Assembly: GCA_964588955.1 (NCBI GenBank)
Contig: CAZPQJ010000002.1
Span: 58,078 to 122,077 of the forward strand
Length of the DNA stretch: 64,000 nt
Source: an uncultured Gammaproteobacteria bacterium
Lineage (GTDB): Bacteria > Patescibacteriota > Patescibacteriia > UBA9934 > CAMTUG01
Reading direction: 5' to 3'
Part shown: one piece after another, positions 56,201-64,000 of the stretch
Numbering within the stretch: the stretch's first letter is position 1
How the letters are laid out: every line of letters begins with the position of its first letter
Program-made: the position numbers and the translations under genes
Notes under the pieces: model-generated
The model's input: only the letters and a program-made list of their open reading frames with translations
Told to the model about the DNA's origin: nothing
Database searches by the model: none

Positions 56201-58253
56201 CCAACCCCCAACCAGAAATATCAACCGCGCCGGCCCCAATTGTCGACACGTTATCTGTAATGTTTACAACGCCTGTTTCTATCTCTAAGTTCGTTCCTGT
56301 ATCAACAACAACAGTGCGATTAAACCCACCCACGGATCCAGAAATGTTTGTGTCGGGAAGTCCGGTGAGTGTTGCGTTTTGTGTTGCTGTAAGAAGTGAT
56401 CCTGAGGAAAGCGCGGTAGACGTCGTGGAGAGGGCTAAGCCTGTGCCGGTGGTTAAACTGTTGGCGTTGTAGGTGAGACCGGTGGTGCCGGCACCAGTAA
56501 AGTTTTGTGTCCAGGTGTTGGTTGATTGGTTGAGGGTGAGGGCGGCGTCCAAAGCGAGGGTGTCAGACAGTTCCGTGAAGTCTAAACAATCCGTACAAGC
56601 AAAGTCTGCCGCCGTCACCGTGCCGGAGAAGTCACCGGCTGCGGCGAAAAGATTGTCCCAGCGTGTTCCCGTTGCGCCAATATCGGCCGATCCAGCACCA
56701 AGCTGCGGCAAGAAATCATCATCAGCGCCAAGTTGGACCGTGCCAGAGGAATCGATAGTTAATGTGCCATCGCTTGTGATGTCGTCGCCGTTCACGGCCA
56801 GATCACCGGCGGTGGTGATACTGCCCGTACCAACCGTGACGGCAAAGTTCGCTCCACCTACGGTCAAGTTGGCAGTTGTAACGTCGAGACCGTTGGTGGC
56901 ATCCACGTTTCCTCCAAAAGTTACTTGCCCGGTAGAACCAAAGTTGAGCGCTCCAATGCCGGAGGTCGACAACGTAAATCCTGCAGTAGCAATGCTGGTG
57001 GCCGCGTCGAGAGTCAACGCGTCGCTCAGTTCGGCAAAGTCCAGACAGTCGGTGCATGCAAAGTCTGCGCCAGTTACTGTGCCGGAGAAGTCGCCAGCGA
57101 CGGCAAAGAGATTATCCCATCGCGTTCCTGTGGCACCGACGTCTGCTGATCCCGCGCCAAGCTGCGGCAAGAAATCATCATCAGTGCCAAGTTGAACCGT
57201 ACCAGAGGAATCGATAGTTAATGTGCCATCGCTTGTGATGTCGTCGCCGTTCACAGCGAGATCGCCAGCCGTGGTGATGGATCCTGTGCCGACAGTAACC
57301 GCAAAGTTGGCGCCGCCGACAGTCAAGTTAGCTGTTGTTACATCAAGTCCATTTGTTGCATCGACGTTTCCGCCAAAGGTGACTTGTCCCGTTGAACCAA
57401 AGTTTAACGCGCCGATGCCGGAGGTCGACAACGTAAATCCTGCCGTGGCAATGTCCGTAGCTGCGTCGAGAGTCAATGCGTCGCTCAGTTCGGCAAAGTC
57501 CAGACAGTCGGTGCATGTCAGATCACTGACACTTACCGAGCCGGCAATGGTAGTGTCGCCTTCGGCGTCGACACGGAAAGCTGAGGTGCCGTTGTTTGCT
57601 ACACCAAAAAGCGTTTCGTTAGCAGCTGGTGCGGCCGGGTTTATATAGACAGACCCTTGATTAACCCCTGCACCTTGTGGATCTCCAGTTAAGACAAGAT
57701 TGCCGTTGCTGGTGGCAACGGGAACAAAGGCGGAAGTGCCACCTGATTGTGAACTTGTGAAACCATCGAGCGCCCCGGCATTTAAGGCATAAGCTTGAGC
57801 CACAATCTTTTTTCGTGGCACCAAGGTTTCCCCGTTAATGGCCACTTCCAACCAGACGTTGGCGTTTTGGGTAAAGACCGTGCTAGCAATGGCGGCATAG
57901 CCATCGCCTGTGTCACCAAGATTTTCTGAAAAAAGTCCGTCAGTTAGCGTTACGGTTTGTTCCGTTACTGCCCCAGCCCCGCCGTTACAGGTGCTAGAGT
58001 CATTGGACCACAAACAGGTACCGGCAGCAGCGTCATCATAAAAAGCGAAGGTGATATCAGCGGTGGCGTCGGCAATCGGGTTACCAGCGTTATCAAGAAT
58101 ACGCCCCTGGTAGGCGAGAATAGCATTTGGTGAGGCGCTGAAACCATTTTGAATCAATTGCGAAAGCAATCCTACGATCGCCAGAACAACACCAAAGAAG
58201 ACGATGGTGTTGCGTCTTGTATTGGTTGTGTATTGGCGGTCGATGAAGGGCAT
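53286..58253 (-). CDS. Giant (1655 aa) secreted repeat protein or adhesin with tandem ~153-aa repeats and a Thr/Pro-rich C-terminal tail.
   Basis: N-terminal TM/signal. At least three copies of ADFACTDCLDFAELSDALTLDAAT…GATGTRWDNLFA. C-terminal PT-rich low-complexity region. Confidence 0.75.
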   Translation of the reverse strand: MPFIDRQYTTNTRRNTIVFFGVVLAIVGLLSQLIQNGFSASPNAILAYQGRILDNAGNPIADATADITFAFYDDAAAGTCLWSNDSSTCNGGAGAVTEQTVTLTDGLFSENLGDTGDGYAAIASTVFTQNANVWLEVAINGETLVPRKKIVAQAYALNAGALDGFTSSQSGGTSAFVPVATSNGNLVLTGDPQGAGVNQGSVYINPAAPAANETLFGVANNGTSAFRVDAEGDTTIAGSVSVSDLTCTDCLDFAELSDALTLDAATDIATAGFTLSTSGIGALNFGSTGQVTFGGNVDATNGLDVTTANLTVGGANFAVTVGTGSITTAGDLAVNGDDITSDGTLTIDSSGTVQLGTDDDFLPQLGAGSADVGATGTRWDNLFAVAGDFSGTVTGADFACTDCLDFAELSDALTLDAATSIATAGFTLSTSGIGALNFGSTGQVTFGGNVDATNGLDVTTANLTVGGANFAVTVGTGSITTAGDLAVNGDDITSDGTLTIDSSGTVQLGADDDFLPQLGAGSADIGATGTRWDNLFAAAGDFSGTVTAADFACTDCLDFTELSDTLALDAALTLNQSTNTWTQNFTGAGTTGLTYNANSLTTGTGLALSTTSTALSSGSLLTATQNATLTGLPDTNISGSVGGFNRTVVVDTGTNLEIETGVVNITDNVSTIGAGAVDISGWGLGVTQAGLGDAIFARNTSATNTDNVLLITHAGNGSLISGTASFATTANTVDIAAPSLTTGQALKITTGNFTDDSGRALFIDTGETAAAADLILLQDDFGGANNDIFRVEGDGEVFSDIGFSAGASGTTNFLDNSIVSTGTFTLDSSGTVQLGTDDDFLPQLGAGSADIGATGTRWDNLFSVVGDYSDSVNIAAADAPTVDMLSITNTGQATTTANVDGLSLTFGATNSTNNLLHLVPSYTGNGSDTYSVLAVDAFTATTSGTDFVNGISIGALTDAGGGTINSTGISLGTGWDIGISGNGFYFDGNGALNITPSTNATALTLTGTNVTSNTLLSLAARTTSGTLLNTAFGGATTQTGGLTGLNLDMSTNLTGANNQFIKGAVVTTLGGTRSGGGTEGLTAYSALSGAAITQNTAAGAITWNGYLATIPAITQTTGSVQANGVNIAFPDTGAITTGGQETGINITAPTTGPAAGTMIGLNIGTITTPGAGTEQGIVIGNGWDTAITVNSGKFAVASTGITSVNLNGTATTNGLCHSGANVDAATDATRDIVACSGAPADFAEWYETDGSVAAGDVVALSDQTITYTANESNAFTGEILRATSQKTLPILTLASSASGSKTFGIISTSPIQVIGSDLKEQAEHPQPVALNGRVPLHVNDENGPIAPGDALTPSSTPGFARKANSGEAIVATALSSLTSGQGTIQVFVRYGAGQIVNDSASVNTASDTHSGSLSSLSLDGDLYLNGHQIINIGRLVGIADNWSVEEDGTFITTKTYTAEVDTLQGGTATVTATMSPQTTITLSGTSELNNGEAQIDFEDIDPNFNDIISPVAEIRVLVTANGPTDPLYVSEKDNNGFSVQESGGSSDVSFDWLVIAYRNGYEPSEALVPTTTPEVTPSETSTEEPALSETSADTAPPSDTPTTEPTTDTADTTTSTEPTESADPVSSSSDTPTDAAPTDSVPPAPDTSADTAPTP
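55650..57540. repeat. Tandem near-identical nucleotide repeats (unit ~459 nt) inside the giant adhesin gene.
   Basis: Anchors such as gattgtcccagcgtgttcccgttgcgccaatatcggccgatcc recur at ~55673, 56651 and 57110 with >90% identity across >150 nt. Confidence 0.7.
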
Positions 58254-58258
58254 AGATG

Positions 58259-61200
58259 CTAGGAGTTTTGGTTTGTCTTTTTTTGCAGGGTCACGTCGAT
58301 GGCAACTTCGTCGGCTTGGTGTGGATGCTTACTCATCACCGGATGCAGTTCTTGTTTTTCATACCCCGGTTTTTCATAAGTGGCGTAGTAGACATCAGGA
58401 CCAATAAGGAGACTGTAGCGTCCTTTTTCATCGGTAATGGTGGACTCCAGTAACTTATTATACTTTGGTTCAAAGATGCGGACGATAGCATTTTTTATGG
58501 GGTGACCAGATTCATCAGCATAGACGATTCCCCAATCTTTCGGCTTTTTCAATCGTGATAAACGCCAAGAAAGTCCGAAGGCAAGACACTGGAAGACAAG
58601 TCCGGCAAAACTGAGCCACGAAGGCCGCACCGCGGCAATCATGAGTGCGAGCAGAACACCGATCGGTGCGATCGCTGCCATTAAGCGACGCAAGAAGCGC
58701 TTACGGCGCATGGCGGCGGGTTCGTGCTCTGGTCCGGTTCCGCTTGGATCGAGTGGAATGTTGGCGGCAACGCGCGCGCCGTCAGCTTTTACCAATACGT
58801 TTTCTCCATGATAGATGTCCAAACGATCACCATCAACGGTTTTATTTTCGGTCAACAAGCTTGGGAAGACAAATGATGGTTTTGAGACATCAAGACGGTA
58901 TTCTCCCGGTCGGGTCAGAAAGAAGTAGCGCCCTTCCTTGTCGGTTACACGACTGGCGATGAGTTGGTTGTCTGGCAGACGATAGAGACGAACAATCGCA
59001 AGGTCGATTGGCAGCTTTGTTGCTGCGTTGTAGACCACCCCCCACGTTTTTCGTCGTTTACGGGCGAAGAACAAGAACGGCGAAGTGAAGATGTACTGCA
59101 GAAAGGGGAGTGCATTGAATGACGTGACCAATACTCCGGCGGAGAGGGCACCGAGCGTGATGGTGGTAGGAATGATTACCTCTGTGCCTGCTTGCACCTG
59201 TGGAATGTCTCGCAGGGTTTGCAGAGCTCCAGTTACGTTTTGAACAAGCGATCCAACAGCCCCAACCACTTGTTCCGGTAGCGGTGTTTCTTCTGCACCG
59301 ACAATGGGCGGCACAATGTGTTTCGTAAGTAAGACATTAACCGTAGCAATATTTTTGCTGACGATGAACGCCCCGCTCGCCCCGTTTTCATAGCCTGCTT
59401 TGCTAGCCTCCACTTTGTACAAACCGTTTTTTGTATACCAGGCGAAGGTACCCACCGACCCACTAGTAGTGGGGTTCGTTTGCTTGCCAAAGGCGAAGAG
59501 GTTTGCAAGTGACCAGCTTCCGTTGCTGCTCTGTACGAGTGAAACAACAGCTTGCGCGACGCGATTCACTCGGTTGTCGATGACTTCGTACGTGTAGCCC
59601 AGGTCAATAACCTGGAGCACGAAGGCAAAGTCTTGAACGCTGCCATCGGCAAAAACCAGTCGTAGTGCAAGAGGAGTATTGCCGCTTGCCCCTGGTGTCG
59701 TAATCGTGGCCGCGTAAAAGGCCGCGAGATCTGTGGCGGTAACGGTATTGAGTAGATAGGCCGATGTGCCAATCGTCAAATAGATCTCGGAGACCGTTTG
59801 GTCAACAATGGCGGTCGTGGGGATGCGAATCGTCAGAGCCGAATCGGGAATGACAGCAATGGATCCATCGCTTTCCGCAAGGGTAATTGTTTCTTCGGCG
59901 ACCAGAAACGAAATGTCCTCACGGGCAATGCCGGTTCCGGGTTCGGTTTCCGGGCCTTGGGGAATTTCCGGTTCTTCGGCGCATACGTCACCTTCGTCTA
60001 TAGAACCGTCGCAGTTGTCGTCGACAAGATTACATGTTTCCGTGGCGCCTGGGTGGATGCTGGTGTTGTTGTCATTGCAATCAACATCCGCGTTGTAACC
60101 ATCGTTGTCGACGTCTGTATCTGCACTTTCTGCGCACATATCGCCTTCGTCTACGACGCTGTCGCAATTGTTGTCGACGCTGTCGCAGATTTCGGTGGCT
60201 CCTGGATGAACCGCCGCGTCGGCGTCGTTGCAGTCAGGACCAACATCGTAACCATCATTATCGGCGTCGTTGTCTACGGGCTCTTCGGTACAGACGTCAC
60301 CTTCGTCTATAGAACCGTCGCAGTTGTCGTCGACAAGATTACATGTTTCCGTGGCGCCTGGGTGGATGCTGGCGTCTGTATCGTTGCAATCGAGATCGGC
60401 GGTATAGCCGTCGGCGTCAGTGTCAATTGGCGTCTCTTCCTCTGCGCGAGGTGTGCAAGAGACAATCGCTCCCGACGCTTCGTTTCCAGCTGTGTCGTAG
60501 GAAAATCCGCCACAATAGTAGGTGGTGTCGTTAGAAAGCCCGCCCGCTGTTGTTGAAGTGTCGCTTGGTTCGCCGGTAAAGACACGCGAACCAATGCTCG
60601 AACTGGCGGGGTATCCGCTGGTTGAACAGTTGATTTTTACGCCGGCCAAGTCGTCATCAGACGGCATGGACCAGGCAAAGTCAATTGTGGTATCGCCAGC
60701 AGAACAGATAAAGCCGGAAATGTTGGCTGGTGCGGTGTCGTGTTCAGTTGTAAAGGACAATGGACCTTCGTCAGACGCGTTAAGACTTGCATCCTCACAG
60801 TGAATAAGGAAGAAGTATTCCGTATCTGGAGTAAGACCAGAAAGCCCCACACTATGGGAAGTTCCTGAACTGCCTTCAGATGCTGAACTGCCGTAACCGG
60901 CCGTCTCTCCATAAGAAACAGAACAGCTTGCCAATTCGTCGGTGTCCCAAACGATCGTAGCTGACGTTTCGGCTATGTCGATGACGTCGATGTTGCTGAT
61001 AACTGGGGCGGTCGTGTCATCATCTCCCCCGCCTCCATCACAGTCGCTGCAACCGCCTCCGCTATGATTTAGGTTGACGACCAGTCCAACGTCGACGGTT
61101 CCGTCGGTCATGGTGGTAAAGGTGACAGTACTGGTGTCGCCGAATGTTCCCCCAATCGATAGAGAATAGGCAGAGACAGATGATGGATTGACGATTTGGT

Positions 61201-61663
61201 GTGACCCCGTGCCGGAACTGGTGGCATTAGTGCCGAGGCGTACCTCGACGGCGCTTGCGGGAGCAATCGCTCCACCATCGCCCGCACATAGGGTAATGGT
61301 GACCACGTCGCCGGCGACTACTACGGAAGCTTGCTCGGCTCCGGAACAATCGGCGGCGGTGGTCAGTTGGACGGCATCGTCAAGAATATCGACGTCGTCT
61401 TCAACAATCGTGGAACTATCAAAATCTGTTGGGAAGGTAATGGTGATCGTTTCGCCTTCGTTAGCCCCGCTTGGGGTGGTGAAGGCAAAGTCGTGGTTCG
61501 ATGCTTGGCCTTGCGTCTGGTTGCTCATGGTGTCGGTGACGCCCGTAAGCGCCGCCGCCTCGGCTTCTGGAATAGCGTGAAATACTCCCAGGTTGACGAA
61601 CAGCATCACCGAAAGACAGATGGCAGATAGGCGTTTGAGCAAAGATTGTTTCACACGTCTCAA
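58259..61663 (-). CDS. Large (1134 aa) secreted surface protein with FN3-like domains, three MopE-like Cys-rich metal-binding repeats, carboxypeptidase-regulatory-like domains and TM segments near the C-terminus.
   Basis: Signal peptide. FN3-like (…TPDTEYFFLIHCED…). Repeats DxDxDGYxxDxDCNDxDxxxHPGAxExCNxVDDNCDGxxDEG. CarbopepD_reg-like segments (…VTDKEGRYFFLTRPGEY…, …ITDEKGRYSLLIGPDVY…). Confidence 0.75.
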   Translation of the reverse strand: MRRVKQSLLKRLSAICLSVMLFVNLGVFHAIPEAEAAALTGVTDTMSNQTQGQASNHDFAFTTPSGANEGETITITFPTDFDSSTIVEDDVDILDDAVQLTTAADCSGAEQASVVVAGDVVTITLCAGDGGAIAPASAVEVRLGTNATSSGTGSHQIVNPSSVSAYSLSIGGTFGDTSTVTFTTMTDGTVDVGLVVNLNHSGGGCSDCDGGGGDDDTTAPVISNIDVIDIAETSATIVWDTDELASCSVSYGETAGYGSSASEGSSGTSHSVGLSGLTPDTEYFFLIHCEDASLNASDEGPLSFTTEHDTAPANISGFICSAGDTTIDFAWSMPSDDDLAGVKINCSTSGYPASSSIGSRVFTGEPSDTSTTAGGLSNDTTYYCGGFSYDTAGNEASGAIVSCTPRAEEETPIDTDADGYTADLDCNDTDASIHPGATETCNLVDDNCDGSIDEGDVCTEEPVDNDADNDGYDVGPDCNDADAAVHPGATEICDSVDNNCDSVVDEGDMCAESADTDVDNDGYNADVDCNDNNTSIHPGATETCNLVDDNCDGSIDEGDVCAEEPEIPQGPETEPGTGIAREDISFLVAEETITLAESDGSIAVIPDSALTIRIPTTAIVDQTVSEIYLTIGTSAYLLNTVTATDLAAFYAATITTPGASGNTPLALRLVFADGSVQDFAFVLQVIDLGYTYEVIDNRVNRVAQAVVSLVQSSNGSWSLANLFAFGKQTNPTTSGSVGTFAWYTKNGLYKVEASKAGYENGASGAFIVSKNIATVNVLLTKHIVPPIVGAEETPLPEQVVGAVGSLVQNVTGALQTLRDIPQVQAGTEVIIPTTITLGALSAGVLVTSFNALPFLQYIFTSPFLFFARKRRKTWGVVYNAATKLPIDLAIVRLYRLPDNQLIASRVTDKEGRYFFLTRPGEYRLDVSKPSFVFPSLLTENKTVDGDRLDIYHGENVLVKADGARVAANIPLDPSGTGPEHEPAAMRRKRFLRRLMAAIAPIGVLLALMIAAVRPSWLSFAGLVFQCLAFGLSWRLSRLKKPKDWGIVYADESGHPIKNAIVRIFEPKYNKLLESTITDEKGRYSLLIGPDVYYATYEKPGYEKQELHPVMSKHPHQADEVAIDVTLQKKTNQNS
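59960..60430. repeat. Nucleotide-level duplicated MopE-like repeat units (copies 1 and 3 near-identical, ~318 nt apart).
   Basis: acgtcaccttcgtctatagaaccgtcgcagttgtcgtcgacaagattacatgtttccgtggcgcctgggtggatgctgg occurs at ~59975 and ~60294. Confidence 0.7.
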
Positions 61664-62589
61664 GGCATCTTCTTAAAGCGCACATGTTTGGCGGTAAGGA
61701 CGATAAAGAAAACGAGCGCTGCGGCGATGGTGATCAGTTGATAGGGGATGATCCAGAAGATCGTTTTTGCGGTAAATGGTTGCTCAGTTCCCGGTACGCT
61801 TGCAGTAAGGATTGCCTGATACGGTCCAAGACCAAAGTTTTTCCACTCTCTGACGATTTCCGGGGTACCGTCAGGGACTTCCGCTTTTTGCCAGGTCGTT
61901 ACAAAGTTTCTTACAGAGCTTTGCAAGACACGTCCGTTGTCTGGATTCAGATTAATCTGTGTGCGTTCTTGTCCGAGCACGTTTACGATAGTGATCGATC
62001 CTGTTGGCGCGAAGACCGTGTCTCCGCTATTGCCGAAGCGGGTGGAAAAGACTTCTGGCAAATGGGTGGCAAAGTGAGGGGCAGAAAAAGAAAGGAGCGT
62101 GCCCTCTGTTTTGGCTTCGCCGGTGACGTTAAGAAAAACGAGCGAACCAATCTCGGTATTAATCGAGACGTCTTCATTCGGCGCGGTGGCGCCAAACAAT
62201 AATGCCGCGCGATAGTCTCCGGGGTGTGCATCTAATGGTACCTGGACGGTGAAATGAACTTCGCGACTTTCACCTGCGCTTAAGACAACCCCTCCGTTGT
62301 TTAAGCGAATCCATGTTGCCATCGATCGGGTGTCGTTGGCCGGTTCAGTACGGGAGAAAACGGGGGTACCGCTTTCATCTGTACTAGCTGAAAAGTCACG
62401 GACAGAAAGGACGTAAGCTGACTCCGTCGCGCTCTCGTTATGGAGACGGATACTTCCCGTGGTCTCTGTTCCTGGAGCTGCAGAGAGTTCCAGTAACAGT
62501 GGCCACACACTTGTGGCACTTGCTGTTCCTGATGGCTTCAGGAGGGCAAGTACAAGTAGACTAAGGATTAAAACGTATTTCCTCCGCAT
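61660..62589 (-). CDS. Cell-surface protein with a signal peptide and a C-terminal TM anchor. Architecture reminiscent of DUF916/DUF3324 (CscA-like).
   Basis: N-terminal signal (LILSLLVLALLKPSGTASA), ~250-aa beta-rich ectodomain and a C-terminal TM plus KHVRFKK. 4-nt overlap with the downstream giant gene. Confidence 0.5.
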   Translation of the reverse strand: MRRKYVLILSLLVLALLKPSGTASATSVWPLLLELSAAPGTETTGSIRLHNESATESAYVLSVRDFSASTDESGTPVFSRTEPANDTRSMATWIRLNNGGVVLSAGESREVHFTVQVPLDAHPGDYRAALLFGATAPNEDVSINTEIGSLVFLNVTGEAKTEGTLLSFSAPHFATHLPEVFSTRFGNSGDTVFAPTGSITIVNVLGQERTQINLNPDNGRVLQSSVRNFVTTWQKAEVPDGTPEIVREWKNFGLGPYQAILTASVPGTEQPFTAKTIFWIIPYQLITIAAALVFFIVLTAKHVRFKKMP

Positions 62590-62645
62590 AATCTTTCCCG
62601 CCGTACACTGTCGACGTGATGGTCGACAGCACGCGGCGGGGCAGG

Positions 62646-63581
62646 TTAATAGTTTCCGGTTGCTATGAAGGTAAGAGTCTGGCCGTAGGTGCCGTCGGCG
62701 GTAGCGGCATCATCGACGGATACTTTCAAGGTGACAAATCCTCTGTCAGCAAGGGCAGTCGTAGGAGATGTACCAATGGCCTGGGGTGTGGTGGTGATCG
62801 CCGTATCTTGTGAATCGAAGGTTGAGGTGGCGATTGTTGTGTCAGACGATCGCGCGCCATACTCTTCGGCACCAGCGGTAACTGCCGCATCGGCGACGTC
62901 GTCAATGTCGTTTGATCCCGTTCGCAGATTTCCGTCGTCAAAGAGCTGGACAGAATACCCATTTTCTGTGGCTGCGGTGATTTCCCAGCTCACTAAGGAG
63001 GTTCTCAGTTCCGCAGTGCTTAATGTGCCGAATGATGTTGTCGCTCCTTCGAGCAAGTACACGCTGTCACTGCTTCCGTCGATGACGGGAGATGTGCCCC
63101 CATCGGTTAGGCTGTCAAAAACGATCGTGGTCGCTGTGGTGCTAGTAATCTTTCCGAAAGCACTCACTTGGCTTGCGCCAACGTCTTGGATAACGGCCGC
63201 ATACGCCCCTACACTAAATCCGACAGATGACGTGACTGTTGCGGTTAGTCCGCTTAGATCAGAAGTATCTGTTCGTGTACCAATTTGTTCAGCGTTCACC
63301 TGGAAGGAGAGAAGCTGATCTTCAACTCCGCCACGGTAACCCGCGCTCAACTGGTAGGACGCACTGTCCGATGGTCCGATGGCCGGATTGCCAACGGTGT
63401 CTCGAAGACCGTACGAGGCAGAGGAGCTGGAGTCTGAACCTCCGCTGGAAACTGTATCCCAATCGATTCGGTAATCAATTGAGCTCATGCTTGCTTGCAC
63501 ATTCGGCGCAAACGAAATAGCGAATATGAAAAAGGCTATGAAAGGCACGGAAACCTTTGATGAACACATTTTTTGTTTCAT
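62646..63581 (-). CDS. Secreted Ser/Thr/Asp-rich protein (possible WxL-like surface-complex component). Hypothetical.
   Basis: Signal peptide (VPFIAFFIFAISFAPNVQA). Low-complexity S/T/D-rich mature region with two Trp-containing motifs (IDWDTV, VSWEIT). First gene of the minus-strand surface operon. Confidence 0.45.
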   Translation of the reverse strand: MKQKMCSSKVSVPFIAFFIFAISFAPNVQASMSSIDYRIDWDTVSSGGSDSSSSASYGLRDTVGNPAIGPSDSASYQLSAGYRGGVEDQLLSFQVNAEQIGTRTDTSDLSGLTATVTSSVGFSVGAYAAVIQDVGASQVSAFGKITSTTATTIVFDSLTDGGTSPVIDGSSDSVYLLEGATTSFGTLSTAELRTSLVSWEITAATENGYSVQLFDDGNLRTGSNDIDDVADAAVTAGAEEYGARSSDTTIATSTFDSQDTAITTTPQAIGTSPTTALADRGFVTLKVSVDDAATADGTYGQTLTFIATGNY

Positions 63582-63589
63582 ACTTCAGC

Positions 63590-63840
63590 TCATAGAGTAT
63601 TTTATCAAAAAAAAGCCCTCGGGTCAAGTATTTTTATAGCTAATATTAGCAAATAAAATAATTTTTTGTTCACACAACTGTGGACAAATAGAAATTCTAA
63701 TTAAATTAATGTTAATAACATAGATATCCACAGCATATTCTTATTTGTCAAGACCAGTCTTGCCAAGTTGGAATTATATATGTGAATAAGTTTGATAATA
63801 ATGTTAATAACACAAATTGTTTCACGTGAAACATCCTTGC
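63590..63840. promoter_or_regulatory. AT-rich upstream regulatory region of the surface-protein operon, with repeated boxes and a 16-bp perfect palindrome.
   Basis: Direct repeat aatgttaataaca at ~63706 and ~63798. Palindrome tgtttcacgtgaaaca at ~63817-63832. Inverted ctgtgga…tccacag. Confidence 0.35.
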
Positions 63841-64000
63841 TTTAGTACCCATCCCACGTCCGGGGCAGACGTTGTCCTTGAGCAGAAGGCCTAAAGAAAC
63901 AACCCAACGGATCGAGCTCAGAATTGCAGATATCTATCCTGTCTGTGTTCATTTGTTATGTTTGTCCGACTTTCAGCCCGTCGCTCGAACCGTTGGTCGG

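Noticed and set aside
56473-57195. 240-aa plus-strand ORF inside the giant adhesin gene. Similar antisense ORFs lie at 59798-60556 and 53281-53574.
   Set aside because: Antisense to repeat-rich coding sequence. The repeats make long open antisense frames likely by chance.

Overview
This is a compact, gene-dense bacterial chromosomal segment that includes the replication-origin neighbourhood: dnaN and dnaA on the minus strand, with a DnaA-box intergenic region and a divergent rpmH-rnpA-yidD unit. Other core genes are ddl, trhO, galU, PBP1A (26504-29443), a complete Liv-type branched-chain amino-acid ABC transporter (livFGMHK), a nifS-nifU-ferredoxin Fe-S cluster, recA, ftsK, efp with epmA, rpsF-ssb-rpsR, ychF, tRNA-Cys(GCA) and tRNA-Ala(GGC). 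The tRNA-Ala gene (49582-49657) was read as anticodon GGC with a G3:U70 pair. Ribosome-binding sites are largely absent and several -10 boxes sit immediately upstream of start codons. Together with a tandem array of six small TrbC/VirB2-like (T4SS-pilin-like) paralogs (12530-15337), this suggests a Patescibacteria/CPR-like genome, which is an inference. Five non-housekeeping features stand out. (1) The pilin array is immediately followed by a GC-rich (~65%) three-gene island of secreted and membrane proteins (15520-19330), bracketed by CT-rich repeat motifs. (2) Further GC-rich single-gene islets encode secreted or membrane proteins: one abuts tRNA-Cys, one lies upstream of recA beside a ribbon-helix-helix ORF, and one is an FGE-sulfatase-like gene. 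(3) A four-gene minus-strand surface-protein operon (53286-63581) contains a 1655-aa tandem-repeat adhesin, a 1134-aa FN3/MopE-like/CarbopepD_reg-like protein, a C-terminally TM-anchored protein reminiscent of DUF916 (CscA-like) and a Ser/Thr-rich secreted protein. Large repeat units in this operon are near-identical at the nucleotide level. (4) A shared inverted-repeat intergenic element occurs in two unrelated operons. (5) A conserved hairpin/terminator family recurs in the first 7.6 kb. No CRISPR array, transposase or integrase was seen. All calls rest on reading the supplied translations and sequence only; no searches were run.
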